Shown here: positions 36,499-50,200 of the stretch, piece by piece
Position numbering within the stretch: position 1 is the stretch's first letter
Layout: each line of letters opens with the position of its first letter
Assembly: GCA_002269645.1 (NCBI GenBank)
Contig: NIVC01001834.1
Span: forward strand, 1 to 64,000
DNA: 64,000 nucleotides
From: Macrostomum lignano
Taxonomy: Eukaryota
Reading direction: 5' to 3'
Program-made: the position numbers and the translations under genes
Notes under the pieces: generated by a model
Database searches by the model: none
Seen by the model: only the letters and a program-made list of their open reading frames with translations
What the model was told of the DNA's origin: nothing

Positions 36499-36872
36499 TC
36501 AAACAGACGTACAGGTGACAGTCACGAGCTGTGTAACCTGCTCCTGGTCTGCGCCGTCATTTCGATGCTGCAACCGGCCCTGCAGCTGGCGCATCTGCAA
36601 GCCGTCGTTATTTTCAACGTAGGCCAACGCCGAAGACGACGTGATGGAAGCCAGCGGAGCAGCCGCTTCCTCATCGCCAGCCGCCCCGACAGACGACCGG
36701 TGTCGCCTCCTGCGACGCCTTGACGATCGAATCGAATCTTCTTTGATCAAGTCGTCGTCTTCTTTGGCTTCGATTTCGAATTGGTTGACACTCTTGTAAC
36801 TATGGCTACCATGACGGGAATGACGACTTCTAACCCTGCTTTGATTCTGGTAGTTGTTGCAGTTGTTGCTGC
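36499..36872 (-). pseudogene. Original C-terminal tail coding sequence of the GPCR, separated from it by a LINE insertion
   Basis: After removing 36885..37156 and one TSD copy it is open and in frame with the GPCR, ending VTVTCTSV-stop. Confidence 0.85.
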
Positions 36873-36884
36873 TCTGCTTCTGCT

Positions 36885-37156
36885 TTTTTCTTTCTTTCTT
36901 TCTTCTTCAGCGCTCGTCAGCGGCGCGGCGGCGCCGAAATAGACGGGGGCCAACGCCCCATGTTCCGGAGGAGCGAGAGGGCCAAGCCCGGTTCGGTGAG
37001 GAGGCGCTCCACTTCAGTGCCGACCAGGCGAGTGCGGTGCGCGTCCCCCCTCGGGCAGCTGTAGATCGCGTGCAGGCTCGAGTCCGGTGCCCCGCAGTCC
37101 TGGCAGAGCGGGGAGTCCGTCAGGCCGAAACGGTGTCGGACCTCGGCGGCGAGCAT
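36885..37156 (-). mobile_element. 272-bp 5'-truncated LINE 3' end with (GAA/GAAA)n tail and 12-bp TSD
   Basis: Encodes HRFGLTDSPLCQDCGAPDSSLHAIYSCP...LSLLRNMG (LINE ORF2 zinc knuckle); TCTGCTTCTGCT at 36873-36884 and 37157-37168. Confidence 0.9.
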
Positions 37157-38276
37157 TCTGCTTCTGCTGCTGCTGCTGCTGTTGGAGGCTGGCTGCCGCC
37201 ATCTGCAGCTTCTGCTTGTTAAAAAGGCTGCGCAGAGCTCGACGAAACTTGACGCCGAAAAAGCAGTAGAGCAGAAAGTTAATCGACGAGTTGACGACAA
37301 CCATGAACTGCGCCACGATGTAGAAGGCCTGCTGCCCGTGGCTCGGAGGCTGCGACCTGAGGGCCACGGCCCACAGGTTGTCAACTAGAGCGAACGTCTG
37401 GCAGAAGACAAAGACGACAACCACGCTAGCCAGCATGAGGCTGATGCTGCGGTCGCGGTCCTGCCGCTTCTGCTGATGGCTGTGCCGGCCGACGATGCTG
37501 CCCTGGGCTCGCCGAGTGGACTTGCGGATCTTGTGCACCAGCAGAGCGTTGGACACGGCCAGCACAAGCAGCGGCAGCACGAACATGAACACCGAGTACA
37601 TGAAGCCGTGGTAGATTCTCTGGTATAAACCATCGCCTTCCAGGCTCCAGTTGGTAACGTTGCCGTCTGAACCGGGCAGCGCGCTGACGAACCTGATCTT
37701 CTCCAGCGCCCTGGGCACATTGTACAGCGCCGTGAAGGCCAGTATGGCGACCACCACTCGGACAGCTCGGCCGCGTTTGCACCAGGCCGCCGATCGGAGC
37801 GGGAACTTGATTGACAGGTAGCGTTCAACAGTGAAACAGGTGGTGACGTACATGCTGCACATGTGGATGAACAGTGACAGCGGGTACAGCACCTTGATTG
37901 ACGGGCTATTTGACTGCATGAGGCCGGAGAACACGGCTGACACCTGCGGCAAGCCCATGCAGATGTCGAACAGCAGCAGGATCACAATGTCCAGGCTGGC
38001 CAGGGCGATCAGGTACACGGATGTTGACGAGGCCATGCGCGGGGTGAGTAGAACCCGGATGCTGAGCAGGTTGCCAGCGATGCCCAGTCCGCTGAGCCCG
38101 GTGCCGGCGCAGCCCCACAGGTAGTACTGCAGATTGTTGAGGCCCCGCAGAGCCGCCGACTTAGCGCTGCTGTTCTGCGAACTGTTCTGGAGTTTGGAGA
38201 CTGTTGATGATGGAGTCTGCGACTGGCACAGCGGCAGCGACAGGATTAGCAGCAGCAGTGGCAGCGGGTAGCGCAT
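37014..38276 (-). CDS. Class A neuropeptide GPCR (FMRFamide-receptor-like), 420 aa as present, last ~47 aa LINE-derived
   Basis: Seven hydrophobic segments with GNLLSI, LASLD, TVERY, YNVPR, FVLP, VFCQTF and NSSINFLLYC; ATG at 38276 just after the acceptor TTTACAG. Confidence 0.9.
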   Translation of the reverse strand: MRYPLPLLLLILSLPLCQSQTPSSTVSKLQNSSQNSSAKSAALRGLNNLQYYLWGCAGTGLSGLGIAGNLLSIRVLLTPRMASSTSVYLIALASLDIVILLLFDICMGLPQVSAVFSGLMQSNSPSIKVLYPLSLFIHMCSMYVTTCFTVERYLSIKFPLRSAAWCKRGRAVRVVVAILAFTALYNVPRALEKIRFVSALPGSDGNVTNWSLEGDGLYQRIYHGFMYSVFMFVLPLLVLAVSNALLVHKIRKSTRRAQGSIVGRHSHQQKRQDRDRSISLMLASVVVVFVFCQTFALVDNLWAVALRSQPPSHGQQAFYIVAQFMVVVNSSINFLLYCFFGVKFRRALRSLFNKQKLQMAAASLQQQQQQQKQNARRRGPTPFRPDGLPALPGLRGTGLEPARDLQLPEGGRAPHSPGRH

Positions 38277-38559
38277 TTTTTCTGTAAACAGAAAGTAAAA
38301 AAGCTGACGCAGGTGCAGGAAAAGCAGCTCAAAGACTGTAGGGCGTGACTCATTGAACTGCTCAGCAGAATCACTACTCATTGACTCCATCCTGTTCTCT
38401 ATTATTTCTTACTTTTTCCAAGCCAAAAATTTCCATTTTCCGCATGCAAATAATAGGTAATAATTTGGGCAAAGGTTGGACAAAACAAGAGAGGGTTGGT
38501 CAGTTTTTATGTTGACATTTTCTCTTCTCACTCTCACTTCCCCACTGTCCTCCCCCTCT

Positions 38560-39430
38560 CTCCATTACACCCACACTCACGCTCACCCTCTCCCCTCATT
38601 ACACTCACCCCTCTCCCCTCATTACACTCACCCATCTCCTCTCATTACATTCACCCTCTCTCCTCATTACACTCACCCTCCCCCATTACACTCACCCTTC
38701 TCCCCTCATTACACCCACCCTCTCTCCTCATTACACTCACCCTCTCCCCTCATTACACTCACCCTCTCCCCATTATACTCACCCTCTCTCCCTCATTACA
38801 CTTACCCTCTCCTCATTACCCTCTCCCCATTACATTCACCCTTCTCCCCTCATTACACTCACCCTCTCTCCTCATTACACTCACCCTCTCCCCTCATTAC
38901 ACTCACCCTCTCCCCATTATACTCACCCTCTCCCCCTCATTACACTCACCCTCTCCCCATTATACTCACCCTCTCCCCCTCATTACACTTACCCTCTCCT
39001 CATTACCCTCTCCCCTCTTTACACTCACCCATCTCCCCTCATTACACTCACCCTCTCTCCTCATTACACTCACCCTCTCCCCTCATTACACTCACCCTCT
39101 CCCCATTATACTCACCCTCTCCCCCTCATTACACTTACCCTCTCCTCATTACCCTCTCCCCTCATTACACTCACCCATCTCCTCTCATTACACTCACCCA
39201 TCTCCCCTCATTACACTCACCCATCTCCCCTCATTACACTCACCCATCCCCCCTCATTACACTCACCCATCTCCCCTCATTACACTCACCCATCTCCCCT
39301 CATTACACTCACCCATCTCCCCTCATTACACTCACCCATCTCCCCTCATTACACTCACCCATCTCCCCTCATTACACTCACCCATCTCCCCTCATTACAC
39401 TCACCCATCTCCTCTCATTACACTCACCCA
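38560..39430. repeat. CT-rich ~23-bp minisatellite (CTCATTACACTCACCCATCTCCC)
   Basis: Tandem units read directly. Confidence 0.9.
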
Positions 39431-40249
39431 TCACCCTCTCCTTCCTCTCAGTCTCGCCTCCCCCACCACACCTTTCTGTTATTCATCTGTTTGTTCATTG
39501 ATATTGGCTTTCTTCTCTCATCCCCATTCTTAGGCCCTATGTCATGGCACTCCCTTCCCATTACTGCTGACTGGCCACAACTACTAATAAGATTGCAACG
39601 CGTTGCTCGTAAAACAGTCAAATATATAGTTGTTTCACTGTTCCTACAGCGGATTCTGCTTTTGTATTCAGTCTATTCTTCTCCTAGAAGCAACGAGTTT
39701 AGAATTTCAAGTCAGCCTTGAATAATGTCTTAAAGTAACTTCAAATGAGAGTAGAAATATCACCGCATAGAAAATCGTTGACAGATGCAAATTAACTCAC
39801 CTCAAATTGGAAACGATCCCAGAAGCAGGGCTTGGAAAAGCTGATATAAATTGCAGCGATGATTCTTCAAGAGTCGAAACAACCCACACTGCGCGCCTAT
39901 ATTCCAGTCCCCAGTGGCCAGCTGAATTCTTATTGGCTGGGCGATGGATGGCCAATGATCGATTAGAATCACGTGACCCGGATAAAACAGGCGTCTGGCC
40001 TCGCCTGCTTTGGCACCCGCCGCCTTTTGGGTCAGTACTTTCTGCCTCGTACGCAGCGCTGTTTTTGTTGTTTCAACTCTCTCATTCTCTTCTGCATATC
40101 CGACCGTGCAGCTGCCTCTGTCTTTGTGAGGCCGTCCTCTCTAATTACTCTTCAGTCCCTGGATGAGGCAGGCGGATAAGTCTCAGAGTCTCAGAGTCAT
40201 CCGGCTGGCGCTCTTCTGGTGATTTTCTTATTTACTCTCAGGGTGACTC

Positions 40250-42455
40250 TTACTGACTCTCACTGTCATTCTCACTGTGACTCTCACTGTCATTCTCACT
40301 GTGACTCTCAGTGTCATTCTCGCTGTGACTCTCACTGACTCTCACTGGCATTCTCACTGTGACTCTCACTGACACTCACTGTCATTCTCACTGTGACTCT
40401 CACTGTCATTCTCACTGTGACTCTCACTGACTCTCACTTACTCTCACTGTGACTCTCACTGACTCTCACTGTCATTCTCACTGTGACTCTCACTGTCATT
40501 CTCACTGTGACTCTCACTGACTCTCACTGTCGTTTTCATTGTGACTCTCACTGTCATTATCACTGACTCTCACTGACTCTCACTATCATTCTCACTGTGA
40601 CTCTCACTGACTCTCACTGACTCTCATTGTCATTTCCTTTGTGACTCTCACTGTCATTCTCCCTGACTCTCACTGGCATTACCTTTGTGACTCTCACTGT
40701 GACTCTCACTGTCTTTCACTGTGACTTTCACTGTGACTCTCACTGTGAATCTCACTGTCATTCCCTTTGTAACTCTGACCCTGACTATCACTGTAACTCT
40801 CACTGTGACTCTCACTGTCGTTCCCTTTGTAACTCTGACTCTGACTATCACTGTAAGTCTCACTGACTCCCACTGTCATTCTCACTGTGACTCTCACTGA
40901 CTCTCACTGGCATTCTCACTGTGATCCTCACTGACTCTCACTGGCATTCTCACTGTGACTCTCACTGTCATTAATACTGTGACTCTCACTATCATTCTCA
41001 CTGTGACTCTCACTGTGACTCTCACTGACTCTCACTGACATTCTCACTGTGACTCTCACTGTGACTCTCACTGACTCTCACTGGCATTCTCACTGTGACT
41101 CTCACTGACTCTCACTATCGTTCTCACTGTGACTCTCACTTACTCTCACTGTGACTCTCACTGACTCTCACTGGCATTCTCACTGTGACTCTCACTGACT
41201 CTCACTGGCATTCTCACTGTGACTCTCACTGACTCTCACTGTCATTCTCACTGTGACTCTCACTGTCATTCTCACTGTGACTCTCACTGACTCTCACTGT
41301 CATTTTCATTGTGACTCTCACTATCAATCTCACTGCGACTCTCACTGTGACTCTCACTGTGACTCTCACTGTGACTCTCACTGTGACTCTCACTGACTCT
41401 CACTATCATTCTCACTGTGACTCTCACTGATTCTCACTGTGACTCTCACTGACTCTCACTATCATTCTCACTGCGAATCTCACACTGACTCTCACTGGCA
41501 TTCTCACTGTGACTCTCACTGGCATTCTCACTGTGACTCTCACTGACTCTCACTGTCATTTTCATTGTGACTCTCACTATCAATCTCACTGCGACTCTCA
41601 CTGTGACTCTCACTGTGACTCTCACTGTGACTCTCACTGACTCTCACTGTGACTCTCACTGACTCTCACTATCATTCTCACTGTGACTCTCACGGATTCT
41701 CACTGTGACTCTCACTGACTCTCACTGGCATTCTCACTGTGACTCTCACTGTCATTATCACTGTGACTCTCACTGACTCTCACTGTCATTTTCATTGTGA
41801 CTCTCACTATCAGTCTCACTGTGACTCTCACTGTGACTCTCACTGATTCTTACTGTGACTCTCACTGACTCTCACTATCATTCTCACTGTGACTCTCACT
41901 GACTCTCACTGACTCTCATTGTCATTTCCTTTGTAACTCTCACTGTCATTCTCACTGACTCTCACTGGCATTCCCTTTGTGACTCTCACTGTGACTCTCA
42001 CTGTCTTTCACTGTGACTTTCACTGTGACTCTCACTGTGAATCTCACTGTCATTCCCTTTGTAACTCTGACTCTGACTATCACTGTAAGTCTCACTGACT
42101 CTCACTGTCATTCTCGCTGTGACTTTACTGTGGCCCTCACTTTAACCCTCACTGTGACTCTCACTGTAACTCTCACTGCGACTCTCACTGTCGTTCCCTT
42201 TGTAACTCTGACTCTGACTATCACTGTAAGTCTCACTGACTCTCACTGTCATTCTCGCTGTGACTTTACTGTGGCCCTCACTTTAACCCTCACTGTAACT
42301 CTCACTGTGACTCTCATTGTCATTCTCTCTGTGACTCCCGCTATCAATATCATTGTGACTCTCACTGTCATTCCCTTTGTGACTCTGACTGTGACACTTA
42401 CTGTGAGTCTCACTGACTCTCACTGTCATTCTCATTGTGACTCTCACTGAGACTC
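40250..42455. repeat. Satellite of 10-12-bp variants (CACTGTGACTCT, CACTGTCATTCT, CACTGACTCT)
   Basis: 2.2 kb of interspersed variants. Confidence 0.95.
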
Positions 42456-42819
42456 TTAGTCTCACTTAGACTAAGCCGGAACCGCTATGGGAAATTTCAA
42501 ACCCCATAGCATGCCCGTCCGGTTGAATGGAAGGGAAAGGAGGGAGAGAGGGAGAGAGGGAGAGAGGGAGGGAAGCGGCTGTTAGCGAGCGGCCGGCAAA
42601 GTTGCAAACAAAGGAAACCGGATATTTCGCGCCCGCACTTCCCATGCCGGCACTGGCTGCCCTTTGCTTGCGGCCGAGCGCCCAGTGCCCTGCCTTGCCG
42701 GCTAGAAAATTCCACCTTGAGGTTGAAGAGGCAGCGAATTTCTTTGACCTCATTTGGAATGAAAATGCAGCCGGTGTTCGTTTTCTGCTGCAAAGCATTG
42801 TGGAGATAGATAATAAATG

Positions 42820-42998
<179 letters not shown>

Positions 42999-43464
42999 AG
43001 GATGAGTGCACCATCTTTACTGAAAAACTCGCTGGCAGCCGCACTCCATAAATTTGGCAGCAGTTCAGTTTTGGAAATTCGAAAGCCTGGAAAAGTGCAT
43101 TTGGCATCCGAGCATTGATGATGCGATGTCGATAGATGAGGCACTTGTCATGAGACTCATAAAACTCCGAGTGCAGTAGTAGGGTCCGCACTTCTATCAG
43201 CACCCATTGCACTTTCGATAGAGGCGGGAGGCTCAACTTGAAAAAAATTATCGAGAGACAGCTGGATGCGCTCAGCCACCCGGCCCGGACAGCGGACGAA
43301 CGAAAACTTAAAAAAATCACGTAGGCATCAATTGTGATGACACTCACAGGGCTGCTGAGGATGCGGCATGGCTATGAAGCGTAACTTGAAGCAGACTGAC
43401 GCATAAAACCGCTGCTTTGGTAAGAGCGGTGACTGATGCATATCAGAGAGGGAAAGGCACTAAG

Positions 43465-43466
43465 GC

Positions 43467-43498
<32 letters not shown>

Positions 43499-43509
43499 GA
43501 CAGACAGGC

Positions 43510-43552
<43 letters not shown>

Positions 43553-43586
43553 AACAGACAGACAGACAGACAGACAACAGACAGGC

Positions 43587-43663
<77 letters not shown>

Positions 43664-43722
43664 CTACAACAGACACTGATTGACTGACTGACTGACTGAC
43701 TGACTGACTGACTGACTGACAG
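43465..43722. repeat. (GACA)n then (GACT)n microsatellites
   Basis: Direct reading. Confidence 0.97.
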
Positions 43723-44149
43723 CCAGTCAAAAACAGACTCAGGTGCAACCATCATGGGATCAGTCTACTAGTGCTTTCAGAGGCCAGAGTTTCAGGCTTC
43801 AAGCCTTGCTGGTCTCCAATGGATCAACAGTATCAGAATACGCCGCCAACTGTTATGGGCAACTTCCAACCCGGATGCAATGCTGGCACGCAACAGTGTT
43901 TATCAAAAGAGCTTGCATGCCGCTTCATCTCGTTTTGCTTGCTTACATTATATATAGCGAGCAGTGAGGCGGAACTGCTCGACCTGGAATGACTCCACCG
44001 AGATTGACTTGAAATCGAGGGATGTCTTCATCATCATTTTTCTGATCAATCTTCGAGTTTGACAGATCTAGTAAACAAAGAAACTCGAGTAAGTTTAGAA
44101 GCTGCAGACTTCATCCCTTGAAAGTCAGGTTAATAATTTGTTCGAGAAA

Positions 44150-44625
44150 AGGATGAGATCTCTCGTAAGATGAGGGTAAGATCTCTATAGAGAAACGGTG
44201 AGAACTCTCAAGAGAAAAGGAAGGGCATAAAATCTCTCGTGATTAGAAGATCAGATCTATCGTAAGAAGTGATTGAGATCTCTCGTGAGATAAGGGGAGA
44301 TCTCTCTGGAGAGAATGGGGGATCTCTGTAGAAAAAGGATGAGATCACTCAAGAGAAAAGGGTGAGATCTCTCAAGAGAAAAGGATGAGATATCTCGAGA
44401 GAAGAGGATGAGATCTCTCGAGAGGAGGATGAGATCTCTCAAGAGAAAAGGATGAGATCTCTCGAGAGAAAAGGGTGAGATCTCTCAAGAGAAGAGGATG
44501 AGATCTCTCGAGAGAAGAGGATGAGATCTCTCGAGAGAAGAGGGTGAGATCTCTCAAGAGAAAAGAATTAGATCTCTCGAGAGAAGAGGGTGAAATCTCT
44601 CAAGAGAAATGGGTGAGATGACTGA
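44150..44625. repeat. ~22-bp minisatellite (GAGATCTCTCGAGAGAAGAGGAT)
   Basis: Tandem units with internal palindromes. Confidence 0.9.
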
Positions 44626-44929
44626 GATCAATCAATTAAATATTTTTATACAAAAGCAAACATTTGACGCCAAGTTAGAAAATGGACATCCAAATTTACA
44701 AGCCTTATAGAGCTAAGACAGGTAACCATACTAATTCCTAGACCTGTCTAAATAATTAAATTTAGACAATTTTTACTAACATCATTTCTTTCATAGTGTT
44801 CTCGATCTAGTCTTTTGATTTAAAAAGACTATCAATATTTAAGCCAGGCCTACCTTAAGGCCTGATGCGCAAATCAAAAGAAATTGGACCAGCAGTTAGA
44901 GTTGGATGTTCTGCGTTCGCTTGTAAATC

Positions 44930-45725
44930 GGCCACTCTGCAGAACGATGATCCTCGCGAGGAGCGGCCGAGTTTGGCCGTCTCTGACGGAGTCGTTGCTG
45001 CTGTTCGACGCCACGTGGACGAAAATCGGCGAGTGACGATTCGCTGGTGTGAGCAGCTCGTCGGGGTGTCGGATTCCACCATCATTAAGATCCTGCACCA
45101 GCACCTCTGCATGAGGAAGCTGTCCGCTCGCTTGGTGCCCCACCCGCTCAGCCATGACCAGATGCGAGCCCGCGTTGAGTTCGCCGACCTCATGGCGACC
45201 AGATTTGACGGAGGCCGCTCAAAGTTGGTGGATAACATCCTCACTGGCGATGAAAGCTGGGTCTACTTCTATGACCCAGAGACCAAAGAGCAGAGTGGGC
45301 ACTGGGTCACCAACAAGGAAGATGCTCCTCTCAAAGTTCGTCGCGAGCGCAGCGTCAGAAAAGTGATGGCGGCCATTTTCTTCCGAAACAGCGGCATCCT
45401 GCCGCCAGTGCTGCTGCAGCAAGGCGCCACAGTGACGGCAGAATGGTACAGCACCGTCTGCTTGCCAGAGGTTCTGCAGGTGCTTGCACAGCAGCAGCCG
45501 AATACGCTTTACAAACGCATGTTCGCCCATCAGGACAACGCTCCCGCACAACCGGGCACGAGTGACCCAGGAGTTTCTTCAGGCGACCCAACTCGTCCAG
45601 CTGCCGCATCCGGCATATTCGCTTTCCCAGGATGAAGAACAATCTGAAGGGGAAGCGCTTAGACTCGAGGGAGGAGCTGGTTGTTGCGCTGCAAGCTGAG
45701 CTGGACAGCTTCACCAAGGCATTTA
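44930..45725 (+). pseudogene. Mariner (Tc1/mariner) transposase relic
   Basis: SARLVPHPL (WVPHEL-like), TGDESWVYFYDPETKEQS, HQDNAP, then a frameshift to HPAYS with the second part of the YSPDLAP motif deleted; no TIRs found. Confidence 0.9.
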
Positions 45726-45989
45726 ACCACACAATAATTATTAGCCCATTAATTTCCCTAATTTGGCTTTTAATGTTTATGGAGCATTTTGTTGAAATTC
45801 CCAATACTATTTATGTCTACTTGATGCTAAAATGATAGGGAAATTTTTGTGAAACCAGAATTTTGGAACTCATTTGCCATTTGACACTTACTGCTGCTCA
45901 GGATGGCTGGTAACTTGCGGTAAGGCAACGTGTAAGCAGGTATACCGGTGATTAGACAGGCAAGTATTCAAATAAGGAAGCTAAATATA

Positions 45990-46722
45990 GACAGACGGAT
46001 AGTCAGATAGGTAGTTACAGGTAGGCACACAGTTAGATGGTAAGTAAGTAGGTAGGTAGGTAAAAATGTAGAAAGACAGGCAGTTATACAGGTAGGCATC
46101 TAGATAAGTAAATAGGTTGTTAGGTAGATAGGTAGGTATAGAGGTAGGCAAGTAGGTAGGTAGTTAGGTGGTCGAAAGACTATTAGAAAGGTAGGTAGGT
46201 AAGTAGGTAGACAGGTAGAATGGGTAATTAAGCAGGTAGAATAGGTAGTAAGGAGGTTAGAAATCTATTACAACAGGTAGGTACATAGAGACAGACAGGC
46301 AGTTAGGTATATAGGTAAGATAGATAGGTAGGTAGACAGATAGATAAATAGATAGATAGATAGATAGGTAGGTATGTAGATGGGTAGATAGGTAAATAGA
46401 TAGGTAGGTAGATAGATAGGTAGGTAGATAGGTAGGTAGATAGGTAAATAGATAGGTAGATAGATAGATAGATAAATAGATAGATAGGTAGATAGGTAAG
46501 TAGATAGGTAGGTAGATAGGTAAATAGATTAGATAGGTAGATAGATAGGTAAATAGATAGATAGGCAGATAGATAGATAGTTAGATAGGTAAGTAGATAG
46601 GTAGGTAGATAGATAGATAGATAGGTAGGTAGGTAGATAGGTAGGTAGGTAGGTAGGTAGATAGGTAGGTAGGTAGATAGGTAGGTAGATAGGTAGGTAG
46701 GTAGGTAGATAGGTAGGTAGAT
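45990..46722. repeat. (GGTA/GATA)n degenerate microsatellite
   Basis: Direct reading. Confidence 0.9.
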
Positions 46723-47210
46723 ACATGTAGGTTCAATAGATTACCTATAAGGTTTCAGGCTGCAAGGGTCAACCCTTTGGAAGGGTTGGTAGAAGAGTGC
46801 AATGTAGCAGTGTAGCATATGAAAAGACAATATTAACGCAGATTTAACACAGTCCTAACGAGTCGCAGCCACAAGCCGGCTTGGACTGCTCTGAATAAAA
46901 AAGTCAATCGAATTAACACTGATATATTTTCGAGCGCAAATTTTAAACCAGTTCACAAAAGAAGTATCGATCGATCGCGTGCTAAGCATCGGGATAAGAT
47001 AGAAAACACACGCACAAAAAGCTACTGCCTATTTTGTAGCAAGTAAAATAATAAGGAAACAATTGGTTAAACTGATTCGCATCTGCAGCATGGCTGCTTC
47101 TTAGCTGTTAGCTATTGGCACGGCAATTCAGAGTATCATGGTTGCATCTAGCTACCGCTGGTCAACTAACCTGCTAAAAAGAGTATACTGCGTCAGAACG
47201 GCCAAGTTTT

Positions 47211-50200
47211 TCAAACGGTCAGACTTCCTCCCGGTCTCACCGTAACGAAACAGTCTCTAGGCAGCCCGGCCTCATCCAGGGCTGACTTGAGATCATCTGG
47301 CGGCTGCAGCAGTGCCTGAGCAATGTTGGAGAATAGCAGAAGCAAAAATAGTCTTGTGTAAAAAAAACTGCGCCATCATTAACGAATGACAAGACTCCGA
47401 CAACCTAACTAATGATTTATTGAGCTCAGGTGTTGCAATGAGCAGCGGCTAAATCACGGGGTACAAGTGTTAAAGATTTTTTGACAAAAGGGATTAGAAG
47501 AATTGGAGGATAGAGAGGTAGATGACCCAAGAATAGCAGTCCTGCTGAAGATACATACAAGACAGACAATGAGAAACAGGCTTGAATGAGGGAACAACTC
47601 ACTCAGCTATTTTGTTATTTTTATACATCAGAATATCGCAGTAGCCTGTTCAAGCAGAAAAGATAAAGGAGATAGGAATGCAGGGAAAGACATAGGGATA
47701 TAGAGAGCGGGATTCGGGAAAAGGGATAGGGATGCAGGGAGGGATGAGATGCAGGTAGAGAGATTGGGGTGCAGGGAGAGGAATAGAAGTGCGGGTAGAG
47801 AGATAAGGATGCAGGGAGAGGGATGCAGGGAAAGGGATAGAGATGCAGGTAGAGAGATAGGGATGCAGGGAGAGAAATAGAAGTGCGGGTAGAGAGATAA
47901 GGATGCAGGGAGAGGGATGCAGGGAAAGGGATAGAGATGCAAGGGGAGAGAAATAGGGGCGCAGGGAAAGGGATAGAGATGCAGGGGGAGAGAGATAGGG
48001 ATGCAGGGAGAGGGATGCAGGGAGAGGGATGCAGGGAAAGGGATAGAGATGCAGGAGAGAGATAGGGGTGCAGGGAGAGAGATAGGGATGCAGGGAGAGG
48101 GATGCAGGGAAAGGGATAGAGATGCAAGGGGGGAGAGATAGGGGTGCAGGGAAAGGGATAGAGATGCAGGGGGAGAGAGAAAGGCGTGCAAGTATAGGAA
48201 GAGGGATGCAGGGAGAGATGTAGGGGTGCAGGGGGGGCGGGGCGAGAGGAACAGCCAGGCATATTTGCGCGAGATAGGGGTCAGAAGCAAAGGCGGCAGG
48301 TTCGCGTTATCAGGAGAGAGGCACTTTTCTGCTGCTACTTCAAGGAAACAGAGAAAGAGGGTTAAACATGAAATTAGAAAAAATGGCAAGGCCAGCCTCC
48401 TCATTTTGGTTAACATAATTTTAATTAACGCCGGACTTCTCTCGCAAAGCTAATGATGGCAGGTGAAAAGGCTTAAGCCTAGGCTAGCAGGAGTTGATTG
48501 ATTAATTGAACATCGAACGACGGGCCAGAGACAGCCTGTCTGCTGAAGATTCGGAGAAGCGAGTGAAGCATGAAGACGGTAGCCGTCATGGCTTCTGTCT
48601 TCTCAGGAAGCGAGATTATCAAATTTGCGGCTTTTCATCCTTAGAGCTCTTAAAAAACTCTACGAACTCTATCGCAAGGCTTCGAAGCGAAGGGCTTGAC
48701 AAGCGGTTTTTTCAACTAACCAGATCAAGAAGAGGATTAAATGAAATTTTCTCATTTGCACCTGCTGTGGTGATGCCTTAGCATGGCTAAAATCAAAGAG
48801 AATATAAGAAAATAATTTAAGGTCACATCTGAGAAGCGTGAAACAATGGTCACACTAGAGGGTCACTTGAAATGACGGTCACACCTGGGACACTTGGAAT
48901 GATGGTCACACTTGAGACACGTGAAATGACGGTCACACCTGAGACACGTGAAATGACGGAATGACGGTCACATCTGAGACACGTGAAATGACGGTTACAC
49001 CTGAGACACGTGAAATGATGGTCACACCTGAGACACGTGAAATGATGGTCACACCTGAGACACGTGAAATGATGGTCACACCTGAGACACGTAAAATGAT
49101 GGTCACACCTGAGACACGTGAAATGATGGTCACACCTGAGACACTTGAAATGATGGTCACACTGAAGGGTCACTTGGAATGACGGTCACACCTGAGACAC
49201 TTGAAATGGTGGTCACACCTGAGACACGTGAAATGATGGTCACACCTGAGACACTTGAAATGATGGTCACACCTGAAACACTTGAAATGATGGTCACACT
49301 GAAGGGTCACTTGGAATGACGGTCACACCTGAGACACTTGAAATGATGGTCACACTGAAGGGTCACTTGGAATGACGGTCACACCTGAGACACTTGAAAT
49401 GGTGGTCACACCTGAGACACGTGAAATGACGGTCACACTTGAGACACTTGAAATGACGGTCACACCTGAGACACTTGAAATGGTGGTCACACTGAAGGGT
49501 CACTTGGAATGACGGTCACACCTGAGACACTTGAAATGGTGGTCACACCTGAGACACTTGAAATGACGGAATGACGGTCACACCTGAGACACGTAAAATG
49601 ACGGTCACACCTGAGACACGTAAAATGACGGTCACACCTGACCATGAGAAACCCAGCATCAAACCTGATCTCAGCACCTACCTCGGTAGTTGACAGGCAG
49701 AATGTACCCCAATGGATTCCAACAGATTTTTCGCTTTTAACGTCTTGGTGTATTTTAACCGCTTCAATGGGCGATACGTGCTGCGCTTCGAAGACGTCCC
49801 TGTTGTGTAATATTGTAAAAAAATTAAAAAGTGAATCTGCACTACTTATACTCAATGCCAGTAGTAAATGAGTAGTATATGAATAAAACTTCATTTCTAA
49901 GCAACTATCATCTAGCACCATCTCCCTGAGTCACTCAATGGATGGAGACAGCTCAGCAGATTTATTTTATTAGAGGCCGGGAGCTGTGTGCATCCAGGCG
50001 CACTTTAAGTAACATTGTCACACAACCGGCGAGAGGCATTGCTGCCCATCTCGCCGACTCCCCTGAGCAGGCACGCACTCACACAGGAGTGCACAGCGGC
50101 CCTAACTTTATCGTTAGGCATGTACACTTCACTGTGCCCTGGGGGTTGGCCCTCAAGGACGTTAACTGCACGAGCAGAGCCAAGCCGAGATTCCAATTTA

